A stretch of 64,000 nt of DNA, taken from Planctomycetota bacterium (GTDB taxonomy: Bacteria; Planctomycetota; JAJSAM01; JAJVHW01). The DNA lies in the NCBI GenBank assembly GCA_965248445.1, contig CBDFJG010000004.1:1696001-1760000 (forward strand). Direction: 5' to 3'. The position numbers and the translations under genes were made by a program. Under the pieces are notes generated by a model. The model ran no database searches and was not told where the DNA came from. It saw nothing but the letters and a program-made list of their open reading frames with translations. This document shows, in pieces, positions 1 to 8,277 of the stretch (positions are counted from its first letter, which is position 1; each line of letters starts with the position of its first letter).

Positions 1-2
1 CC

Positions 3-3000
3 GACGGACTTCCGCTTCGGTATCCCCTCCCGGTCCTCAGCAAGCCGTCCTCCGACAACGACGAGATCTGGCGCATGCAGACGGGTTTCGTCGAAGGTTC
101 GCAGACCTACACGGACCGCACCCGCCGGCAGCGTCTGGGCCATCGACCGGTGCAGCCCGCCGTCTCGCGCAACGTCGTGTATGTGAACTCCGGGCTGGCC
201 GTGTTCGCTATCGACGTCTCGTCGGGGCACATCCTCTGGCTGCACCGGGGCCCGCACCACGACGCAGACTGGCGCGACAACCGCCACATGGTGCACGGCG
301 CCGCGGTGGTCGGAGACGTCGTGTACGCCGCTGTGGCGTCGCGCTCGGACGCTCCCAACATGGAGCGCCTGTTCTACGGGCACCCGATCGTCTATCCGCT
401 GCCCCACCGCACGCTCGTCGCCCTGGACACGCGTTCGGGTGACGTTCTCTGGTCGCACGACGACGCATCGCTCGCCCGTACGGAGCATCCCGACACCGAC
501 CTGATCAGTGCGGAGTCCGTCGCCTCACCGCCACTCGTGGTGGGCGACGACCTCCTCGTCGCGTCGTGGCGTTGGGAGGCGCTCTTCTCCGTTCGCGTCG
601 TGTGCTACGACCGCCACACCGGGCACACGCGCTGGCGCCGCAACGTCACACTCGGGCAGCAGGAGCTGAACCTGTTCGGACGGCCCGTCAAGGAACTCGC
701 CACGACCGCGCTGGCGGAGCGCGACGGCGTCATCTACTTCGGCACGAACCTCGGTGTGGTAGCCGCGCTCGATCGTGAGAGCGGCAACGTCGTCTGGTTG
801 ACCACGTACCCCCAGACGCCCATCCCGCGTTCCGAGTACTGGTATCAGACGGTCGAGCGCGGCGTTCGCTGGCACCCGGGGCCCGTCGTGGTGACGGATC
901 GTCACCTGCTGATTGCGCCGACTGAGTCTCCGAACCTGCTCGCGATCGAGCGGGACACCGGAAAGATCGCCTGGCTGCGCCGCGACCGGGACCGGGCGCT
1001 CCGCAACGAAGACTGGTTCCTCGGCGTGCAGGACGGCCGCGCATACACGCTCGGCGACCACCTGTCCGCGACGTTCGTCGAGACCGGCAAGCCCGCGTTC
1101 AGCGTCCGTCTCAAGAACGAGAAGGGTCAGAGCCGGCCGGCCGGCGGCGCAGGCGTCCTGGCGAAAGACGGAGTGCTCGTCGGAACCACCGACTCGCTGC
1201 TGCGCCTCGACTCCGCCACGGGGAAGTTGATCTCCGAGACGCCCATGCGACGGGGGGGCGACGGCGCGTTCGCGGGTGATCTCCTCTCGGCGGACGGCGT
1301 GCTGTTCGCCATCACGCAGTCGGCCGTGACCGCTCACTACGACCCGGTGCATCGGCGCGCCGAACTGCTGCGCCGTCTGGCGAACGACCCGGACGATCCG
1401 CGACTCCGTCTCGAAGCGGGCGAGGTCTTCCGTCTGACGGGTGATCTCGACGACGCCGTCTCCTCGCTCGAGGTCGGACTGCGCAACATCACCGGGCTCG
1501 CGGCGCGTGCGCGAGAGCGCATCGAGGGTCCCCTCCGGCGCTCGCTCTACGACGCCTACTCGGATCGCGGAGCGAGCCGGCGGAAACTCAGCGACATCGC
1601 GGGCGCCATCGAGGACTTCGAGCGTGCCGCCGACATCGCGAGCGACGACGCCGCTGCGGTGCTCGCGCTCTTCGAGGTGGCGGCGGTCGCAGAGAGCAAG
1701 CGGCGCCGCCAGGCGTACGAGCGAATCCTGCAAGAGTACGCCGGCACGCGGGTCACGTTCCCGAGCGGGGAGCGGCGTCACGCCGGTGCCTATGCGGCGT
1801 TCATGCTCGGAGACGAGTTGTCGGTGCGCGGCGACGTGCAGGGCGCGCTCCGTACGTGGCTCGACCTGCTCGAGGAGCACGCAGACGAGGACCTGGGCAA
1901 GTCCGACGTTCGGGGCGGCGTGCACCAGCGGCTCGCGCGACTTGCCGAGACCCAACCCAATCAGGTGAACAAGGCGGTGCGCGAGCGGTCGCGCAGCGCG
2001 TTCGAGCGCGCGCGCGACCGCGCGGACGCGTCGGCGCTCGACCGCGTGGCGCGCCTCTATCCGCATCCGGAGACGGCCGTCGAAGCGGCGCTGCTGGCGG
2101 CGCAGATTCACATCGGCGCCGGTGACCCGCGGCCGGCGGTCACCGGATTGCGCCGGCTGCTCGGGACGAAGCCGCCTGCCGCGTCGGCCGCACGCCTTCT
2201 GGTCGCGCTCGCAGACGCCTACCGGGCGTTCGATGACCCGTCGTCCGAGCGCGCAGCGTTGACGCGGCTGGCTCGCGAGCATGGCGACGTACAGCTCTCG
2301 GGACAGTCGGCGCTGGCGTTCGCCACCGCGCGCCTGGCCGATCCGCGACTCGTCGGACCGTCTGTCGAACTCCCCCGCCCTGAGCCGCCTCTGGTGAAGA
2401 TCTGGGAGCGCAAGGGGCATGGCGTCGCGCCCCGCATCGTTGCAGTCCACGGCCGGCATCCGGACGGCCTGGAAGAACGCATGCTTGCGACGCGCGGCGA
2501 CACGATGCTGGCGATCGGCGAGCGCACCGGAGAAGTCGAGTGGATGACGCCCGTCGCGACGGATCCGCGTCACGGCGTCATCGGGCACCGCGGCCTCGTC
2601 ATCGTCGCCGGCAGCGAGAAGCGCGCGGTCGAGAGCACCGTCCTCGTCGAAGCGTTCCGCGCCCACGACGGCCAGCCCGCATGGGCCCGGCGCCTGGCCG
2701 GGAGGCATCGCTCGCACGCGCTCGGCGAGGGCGTCCTCTACGTGCTCTGGCGCGCGCCGATGGATGCTTCGGGGGCGGCGCGCTACCACCTCTCGTCGAT
2801 CGACCTGAGCAGTGGCGAAGTGGCCGCGGACCGGACGCTCGAGGGACCCGTGAACGAGCAACTGGTCGTCAGCGACAATGCGGTGCTGGTGTTCCGGACG
2901 ATCGTCAACGGCGGTCGCGCACAGCGCGTCGCCGAAGTGCTCGACGGCGGTACGCTCGCGCTCCGCGGACGCGTCGCATACGACTCGGGCGGGTCTCAAC

Positions 3001-3629
3001 GGCTCGCGGCCGCGGTTCCCGAACGCCCGGTCGTCGTGGGTCTGTCCGGCGCGACGTCGCTGATCGGGATCGACGTCCACACCGGGGAACGGGCCTGGAC
3101 GAAGAGCCTCGGGGAGATCCCCATCGCGACGCTGCTCCCGGTGCCCGGCGGACTGATCACGATCGACGGCGAGGGTCATCTGAGGCGGCTCTCCCCCGAT
3201 GGCGAGGAGCGCTGGAGCGCCGATCTGAGCGTGCTCGGCAGCTTCGCGTTCGGCGGCAGCGCCGCCGCGGACGGCACCGTTGTCGTGCCTGTCGTCCAGA
3301 GCGGCAGCGGCAAGGGCGCGACCATCGTGGCAATCGACGCGGGCAGCGGCGAAGAGCTGTGGCGCGTCCCCATCGCGCTGGCGCGCCGGGCGATGCCGCG
3401 GGCCACGATCACGCGAAATCACGTGGCCATCGAGATCAACGAGAACCTCGGACGCGGCCAGTGGCGCTCGCGGGTCGTGTTCTTGAACCGTGAGAACGGC
3501 GAGACCGAGTGGGAGCTCTCCGACCCGGAACTGTCCAAGTCGTTCCTGAAGGTTCGCTACGACCGGTCGTTCGTGGTTCTGGCGACACTCGGCACCGGCG
3601 GCCAGCATGTCGTCGTCTATGGGAAGTAA
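3..3629 (+). CDS. PQQ-like (BamB-type) beta-propeller repeat protein with central TPR/helical region; 5'-truncated by window edge
   Basis: Frame is open from position 3 through the ATG at 75. Repeated A(L/I)DxxxGxxxW propeller motifs at both ends (AIDVSSGHILW, ALDRESGNVVW, AIDAGSGEELW); helical TPR-like middle (LRLEAGEVFRLTGDLDDAVSSLE). Confidence 0.85.
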   Translation, partial: DGLPLRYPLPVLSKPSSDNDEIWRMQTGFVEGSQTYTDRTRRQRLGHRPVQPAVSRNVVYVNSGLAVFAIDVSSGHILWLHRGPHHDADWRDNRHMVHGAAVVGDVVYAAVASRSDAPNMERLFYGHPIVYPLPHRTLVALDTRSGDVLWSHDDASLARTEHPDTDLISAESVASPPLVVGDDLLVASWRWEALFSVRVVCYDRHTGHTRWRRNVTLGQQELNLFGRPVKELATTALAERDGVIYFGTNLGVVAALDRESGNVVWLTTYPQTPIPRSEYWYQTVERGVRWHPGPVVVTDRHLLIAPTESPNLLAIERDTGKIAWLRRDRDRALRNEDWFLGVQDGRAYTLGDHLSATFVETGKPAFSVRLKNEKGQSRPAGGAGVLAKDGVLVGTTDSLLRLDSATGKLISETPMRRGGDGAFAGDLLSADGVLFAITQSAVTAHYDPVHRRAELLRRLANDPDDPRLRLEAGEVFRLTGDLDDAVSSLEVGLRNITGLAARARERIEGPLRRSLYDAYSDRGASRRKLSDIAGAIEDFERAADIASDDAAAVLALFEVAAVAESKRRRQAYERILQEYAGTRVTFPSGERRHAGAYAAFMLGDELSVRGDVQGALRTWLDLLEEHADEDLGKSDVRGGVHQRLARLAETQPNQVNKAVRERSRSAFERARDRADASALDRVARLYPHPETAVEAALLAAQIHIGAGDPRPAVTGLRRLLGTKPPAASAARLLVALADAYRAFDDPSSERAALTRLAREHGDVQLSGQSALAFATARLADPRLVGPSVELPRPEPPLVKIWERKGHGVAPRIVAVHGRHPDGLEERMLATRGDTMLAIGERTGEVEWMTPVATDPRHGVIGHRGLVIVAGSEKRAVESTVLVEAFRAHDGQPAWARRLAGRHRSHALGEGVLYVLWRAPMDASGAARYHLSSIDLSSGEVAADRTLEGPVNEQLVVSDNAVLVFRTIVNGGRAQRVAEVLDGGTLALRGRVAYDSGGSQRLAAAVPERPVVVGLSGATSLIGIDVHTGERAWTKSLGEIPIATLLPVPGGLITIDGEGHLRRLSPDGEERWSADLSVLGSFAFGGSAAADGTVVVPVVQSGSGKGATIVAIDAGSGEELWRVPIALARRAMPRATITRNHVAIEINENLGRGQWRSRVVFLNRENGETEWELSDPELSKSFLKVRYDRSFVVLATLGTGGQHVVVYGK

Positions 3630-3708
3630 TCCGCCGGTTCCCGACGTCTCGGACGACGCCGCCGGACGTCTATACTCACTGGGCGCCCAGCCGGCGCGAC
3701 CCACCACG

Positions 3709-4965
3709 ATGCGACCCACCCCAGTGCGACCCACCCTCGATCGAACCACCACCGCCCGACCCGCCCTCCGTGTGACGGGCGTCCTGGTCCTGCTGGGAGC
3801 GCTGGTCGGCGGCCTCTGGCCGCTGGCGGCGACATCCGAGGAAGCCGAGTCGGCGGGACTGACCACGCCGGCCTCCCGCGCGGCCGCCAAGAAGTCGCTG
3901 GAGTGGCTCGACAAGCACCAGCGGGAAGACGGCGCGTGGCACTCCGACGTCGGGTTCAAGCTGAACAACTCATATCACGTCGAGCATCCCAACAAGGCGC
4001 ACATCGGCGTGACGGCACTGTGCGGCACCGCATTCCTCGCATCGGGCAGCGTGCCTGGACGCGGGACGTACGCGAAGAACGTCGACCGGGCTCTCGAGTA
4101 CGTGCTGTCCAAGCAGGACAAGACGACCGGGTTCATCGCCGACAACGGAACGCGCATGTACAGCCATGCGTTCGCGACGCTCTTCCTGGCCGAGGTCTAT
4201 GGCACCACGCGCGACGAACGAGTGCGCAAGGCGCTGCAGCTGGCCGTCGAGTTCACGTACAAGGCGCAGAACGACCAGGGCGGCTGGCGCTACGTGCCGA
4301 ACGCCGAAGACTCGGACATGTCCATCACCGTCTGCCAGGTGGTGGCGCTGCGCGCGGCCAAGAACAAGGGCATCCGCGTGCCGAAGACGAGCATCGATGC
4401 GGCCGTGGACTACGTGCTGCGCTCCGCGGTCACCCGCGACACACACCAATTCAGGAAGGGCGCGTTCCTCTACCAGTACCAGTCCACAAATCGGGCTGCG
4501 GAAGAGAACACCCGCACGTCGTTCGCGCTCACCGCAGCGGGTCTCACGACTCTCTACGGAGCCGGCGTCTACACCGACGAGGACATCCGGCGCTTCGTCC
4601 AGGAGCGCGAGATCAACCGCTTCCAGTCGAGCCGGGATCCGATGCCGTCGTTCCGCTCGATGGTCGACTACGTGTTGAGCAGCTACGACGGCGTGCAGCG
4701 GTCCTGGTCGAACCACTACTTCTACTACTACGGCAACTACTATGCGGCCCAGGCGATGTTCATCACCGGCGGCCGCGCCTGGGAGCGCTACTACACGCGC
4801 GTCCGCGACGACCTCGTGAACACGCAGCTGCGCGACGGGTCATGGGACTGCGTTGTGCGCTACACGCCGCGGGACGGCAGCCGCCACGAGTTCCCGCTAT
4901 CGACGGCGGTCGGCGCGATGCTGCTCCAGATCCCGAACAACTACCTGCCGATCTTCCAGAGATAG
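3709..4965 (+). CDS. Exported prenyltransferase/squalene-oxidase-repeat (alpha/alpha toroid) protein
   Basis: QW-like repeats (WLDKHQREDGAW, AQNDQGGWRY, QLRDGSW), MYSHAFATLFLAEVYG, YYYYGNYYAAQAM and C-terminal LPIFQR. N-terminal hydrophobic signal; ATG 3709 chosen over ORF-track 3607. Confidence 0.85.
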   Translation: MRPTPVRPTLDRTTTARPALRVTGVLVLLGALVGGLWPLAATSEEAESAGLTTPASRAAAKKSLEWLDKHQREDGAWHSDVGFKLNNSYHVEHPNKAHIGVTALCGTAFLASGSVPGRGTYAKNVDRALEYVLSKQDKTTGFIADNGTRMYSHAFATLFLAEVYGTTRDERVRKALQLAVEFTYKAQNDQGGWRYVPNAEDSDMSITVCQVVALRAAKNKGIRVPKTSIDAAVDYVLRSAVTRDTHQFRKGAFLYQYQSTNRAAEENTRTSFALTAAGLTTLYGAGVYTDEDIRRFVQEREINRFQSSRDPMPSFRSMVDYVLSSYDGVQRSWSNHYFYYYGNYYAAQAMFITGGRAWERYYTRVRDDLVNTQLRDGSWDCVVRYTPRDGSRHEFPLSTAVGAMLLQIPNNYLPIFQR

Positions 4966-4994
4966 ATGGAGCCGGCGAGCGGCCGCGCAACGCG

Positions 4995-5528
4995 CTACTC
5001 GAACTTGCCCTTCGTCTTGATCGTGCCCTTCACGCGGTTCCCCGCGCCCTCTCCGCTGGCGATCGTCCCCTCGAACTTGATTTTGTAGTTGAACTTCTTC
5101 TTCACGCCGCCGGTGGTCTGCTTGCCGTTGAACTTGGCGTTCGCCTCTGTGACGGCGATGTCGACTCCGTGAACGTCGAGGACCACGTTCTCGACGAGCG
5201 TCATCACGACGGCGTCGTCCTCTGACCGGATCTTCGCCTTCTTCGTGCCCTTGATATCGGCCGTGCCCGCGAACGTGCCGTACGTCCCGGCGGTCAGGCT
5301 GTACGTGCCGGTCAGACCCCCGATCGTTCCGGAGATCGTCACCGGCACCTCCAGCTTCAGCTTCTGGCTCTTGGCCTTGCCCGGCGACTTGCTGGGTGGG
5401 TTGCCGAACAGCCGGAGGAAGACGACGAAGATCGAGTTGTGGACGATCCCGAGTTCGAAGCAGCCGGTGAGCGGCGCGGTCAGCCCGACCACAGCCAGCA
5501 GCGCGGCGGCTGTACGAAGTCTCCTCAC
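4995..5528 (-). CDS. Predicted lipoprotein, beta-rich and Lys-rich, function unknown
   Basis: GTG at 5528 preceded by GGGGAGGG; signal peptide with lipobox LTGC (MRRLRTAAALLAVVGLTAPLTG-C). The ORF-track extension to 6173 overlaps the sigma gene and is unlikely. Confidence 0.7.
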   Translation of the reverse strand: MRRLRTAAALLAVVGLTAPLTGCFELGIVHNSIFVVFLRLFGNPPSKSPGKAKSQKLKLEVPVTISGTIGGLTGTYSLTAGTYGTFAGTADIKGTKKAKIRSEDDAVVMTLVENVVLDVHGVDIAVTEANAKFNGKQTTGGVKKKFNYKIKFEGTIASGEGAGNRVKGTIKTKGKFE

Positions 5529-5660
5529 GCGTTCCCTCCCCGGCGCACAGTGGCGACGCCGAGCCCAAGGTAGCACGAGGGGGTGGCCGGGCCGGGCGAG
5601 GCTGCGACGAGCCCGGGGCCGGGCTGGTACTCTCCCGCGACGAAAAAAGTCGAACCTCTG

Positions 5661-5690
5661 GTGAACCGGTTCGGAGGGGACCCGGTTCGA
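5661..5690 (+). promoter_or_regulatory. Putative ECF-sigma autoregulatory promoter (GTGAACC-N16-GGTTC)
   Basis: -35 GAACC and -10 GTT-type boxes with ECF spacing, an upstream A6 tract, 18 nt before the sigma ATG; same -35 box recurs at 21602. Confidence 0.45.
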
Positions 5691-5708
5691 CGGTTTCGTG
5701 CCCTCGGC

Positions 5709-6359
5709 ATGCCCACCCGCGACCCCACCCAGCCTTCTTCCGGGCCAGCCTCTACTGGCCCTGCAGGCAAGGGGTACGGCCAACAGGCCTCCGTGCGCTG
5801 CATGGAGCGACTCGCCCGCGGTGACGAAACGGCCCTTGCGGAGCTCTACGAGCGATGGTCCCGCCCTCTTCTGAGCTTCCTCTACGGCATGTGCCGGGAC
5901 CGGGCCCTCTGCGAGGACCTGCTGCAGGGGGTCTTCCTGCGCGTCTGGAAGGCCGCGCCGCGCTACAAGCCGCTCGCCAAGTTCTCGACCTGGCTGTTCC
6001 AGATAGCCCGCAACCACTGGCTGAACGAGCGCGAGAAGAAGATGCGCCGCATCCGGCCCACCTCGCTCGACACGGGCAACGCGGACGAGGGCAGATCCAG
6101 CTTGGGATCCCGTGTGGCGGACGACACGCCGGGGCCCGTCACGATGGCGCTGCACGGCGAGCTGGACGACCACATCCAGGCCGCCGTCGAGCGGCTACCG
6201 GAGAAGCTGCGCAGCGTGTGGATGCTCGGCGCCGCGCAGGGGCTCCCCTACCGCGAGGTGGCGGACATCCTGGAGATCCCGGTCGGCACCGTGAAGTCGC
6301 GGATGTTCCAGGCCGTGCGCCTGCTGCGCGAGGCGCTCGCGCCGTACGTCTCGGGATAG
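5709..6359 (+). CDS. ECF (sigma-70 group 4) RNA polymerase sigma factor
   Basis: Region 2 (EDLLQGVFLRVW, KFSTWLFQIARN) and region 4 (LPYREVADILEIPVGTVKSRMFQA). Confidence 0.95.
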   Translation: MPTRDPTQPSSGPASTGPAGKGYGQQASVRCMERLARGDETALAELYERWSRPLLSFLYGMCRDRALCEDLLQGVFLRVWKAAPRYKPLAKFSTWLFQIARNHWLNEREKKMRRIRPTSLDTGNADEGRSSLGSRVADDTPGPVTMALHGELDDHIQAAVERLPEKLRSVWMLGAAQGLPYREVADILEIPVGTVKSRMFQAVRLLREALAPYVSG

Positions 6360-6547
6360 GGCGTCTCGGGGTAGAGCCTGTGCTGGGCCGAACCTCAGCG
6401 CCACCGAGCGGGTTACCCGCGTATCACATCCGCAGACGCCCCGGTGCTGCGACCACGCAGATGAGCCGACTCCTCCTGGCGGGGAGGTCCGTGACTCGCG
6501 CGGCGACGCACTGCCGCGGGCACGACACAACAGAACCGCATTTCAAT

Positions 6548-6651
6548 CTGGCCCGTCCGCTGACGCGCACGGAGCTGTACCCGCTGGCCCGTCCGCTGAC
6601 GCGGACGGAGCTGTACCCGCTGGCCCGTCCGCTGACGCGGACGGAGCTGTC
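6548..6651 (+). repeat. 36-bp tandem repeat, about 3 copies, no spacers
   Basis: CTGGCCCGTCCGCTGACGCG(C/G)ACGGAGCTGTACCCG starting at 6548, 6584 and 6620 (third copy truncated). Confidence 0.95.
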
Positions 6652-6666
6652 CGGAGGAGTCCGCCC

Positions 6667-8277
6667 ATGAGCCGACCGGACCCGTCTCACGAACCAACCT
6701 CGTCACCCGACGACGCAGGCGCAGATCTGCTCGCCCACCTGCTCGGGCAACTCGAGCCCGAACGCGCGGCCGACCTCGAACGGCGGCTCGGAGCCTCCGC
6801 GGGACTGCGTGAGGAGCGCGACCGACTGGCCGCCGATCTCGCGGCGTACCGCGCCGGAGGAACAACGCCGCCACCGTCCGCATCCGGACTCGCCAACCTG
6901 CTCGCAGAGATCGAGGACGAGGCCGCGGAGCGGCGCGCAGATCACGCTGTCGCCAGGTCGGCGCTCCCTCCTGACGTCGGTGCAACCGTCGTGGCGCACG
7001 CACTCGGCCAGCTCCGGGGGGAGTCCGCGAAGGAAGCCGAGCGCATCGTCGCAGAGAACCCGGAGGCGACAGCCGAGGTCGCACTCGTCGGCCGTCTTGT
7101 CGCCGCAACGCGCAAGGCGTACTCCGTGCGACCGTCCGAGGAGACGGACAGAGCCGTACTCGCCGCGTTCGTGAACAGAACGGCGGCCCACGGTGCGACC
7201 GGACTGCACGACGTCCCGGCGCCCGAGAGCCGCCCGCAGCGTGGTGGCCACCTGGTCCAGATGATCGTCCCTGCGCTCATCGCCGCGGCAGCGCTCGTCG
7301 TCCTGTCGCTGATCCCGATGGACGGCACCCCGTCACACGTCACGACCGGGGCACTGCTGCACTACCCGCAGATCGGTTCCCCCGCCACTGTCGTGGACTC
7401 GGACAACGGCGGCTTCGAGTTCGAGGTCGACCACGTGATCGCCGCCGAGCGCGAGGCGGTCACCGTGCACGTCGCGTGCACAGAGAAGGCGGAGGCCGCC
7501 GCGACCGGCGCCCCGGTCGCCGGCACTGCCGCGTTCACGTTGGAGCCAGGCGCGCGCTTGCGTCGCGTCGATGCGTCCGTGTTCGCGCTGCTGGCGGGCC
7601 GCGTCCACGTGGAGGCCGTCGACCTCAAGGACCAACTCGAGATCGGCGCGGGAAACCTCTTCGCGGCGGTTCGCGGTACGCGCTTCGACGTCCTGCGCGT
7701 CGATGACCGACTCGTGGCCATCGTGCTCGACGGGACGGTGGAGTTGGGCCGCCGAGGCACCGACCCCAAGTCCTTGGAACTCGGCTCCGGCGAGCAGGGC
7801 CTTGTGGACGCAACCCGCCTCCTGCGAGCAACGAGCGGATCGGACCCGTCGTCGCTCGCGTTCCTGACGCCCCGCGCATCGCTCCAGACGGCCGTGGCAG
7901 CGACCGTTCTCCCGGCGCCGGTGATCCTCGCGGCCCGCTTGGAGGCCGGCCTGGGTGGGACCGTGCGGATTCCGGCGTTCGACCCGTCCCAGCCGCTGTT
8001 CGTCGTGCGTCTAACGGGACCGGACGGACGCGTGAAGGAAGTGAAATTGCAGGACTCGATGATCACGAGCGCGAAGCCCGTCCCGGCCGCCGACGGAACG
8101 TGGTCCCTGGAGGAGGGAACGCCCTACGTCCTCGCTCTCGCGATTCCGAGCGACGGTCTCTATCCGGGCGAGTGGACGGCCACTCTGCGCTACATGTCCT
8201 ACCGGGCGAACGCCAGCGGCGGCGAGTGGCTCGGCGTCGTGGAGAGTGAGCCCTGGCCCGTCGAGGTCTCCGAGTGA
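6667..8277 (+). CDS. Anti-sigma factor with duplicated anti-sigma domain, TM helix and FecR-like periplasmic domain
   Basis: Downstream of the ECF sigma; SD GGAGGAG. Two ASD-like segments (LLAHLLGQLEPERAADLERRL; VVAHALGQLRGESAKEAERIV), one TM (IVPALIAAAALVVLSLIP), FecR motif AAVRGTRFDV...VLDGTVEL. Confidence 0.8.
   Translation: MSRPDPSHEPTSSPDDAGADLLAHLLGQLEPERAADLERRLGASAGLREERDRLAADLAAYRAGGTTPPPSASGLANLLAEIEDEAAERRADHAVARSALPPDVGATVVAHALGQLRGESAKEAERIVAENPEATAEVALVGRLVAATRKAYSVRPSEETDRAVLAAFVNRTAAHGATGLHDVPAPESRPQRGGHLVQMIVPALIAAAALVVLSLIPMDGTPSHVTTGALLHYPQIGSPATVVDSDNGGFEFEVDHVIAAEREAVTVHVACTEKAEAAATGAPVAGTAAFTLEPGARLRRVDASVFALLAGRVHVEAVDLKDQLEIGAGNLFAAVRGTRFDVLRVDDRLVAIVLDGTVELGRRGTDPKSLELGSGEQGLVDATRLLRATSGSDPSSLAFLTPRASLQTAVAATVLPAPVILAARLEAGLGGTVRIPAFDPSQPLFVVRLTGPDGRVKEVKLQDSMITSAKPVPAADGTWSLEEGTPYVLALAIPSDGLYPGEWTATLRYMSYRANASGGEWLGVVESEPWPVEVSE

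Noticed and set aside
525..3968. Long antisense or alternate-frame ORFs (e.g. 525..3968 -, 21960..24251 -, 38518..40929 -, 59606..61327 +)
   Set aside because: Shadows of real high-GC genes; Arg/Ala/Pro-rich with no family motifs.
6548..6651. 36-bp repeats as a CRISPR array
   Set aside because: Copies are directly adjacent with no spacers, and there are no cas genes in the window.
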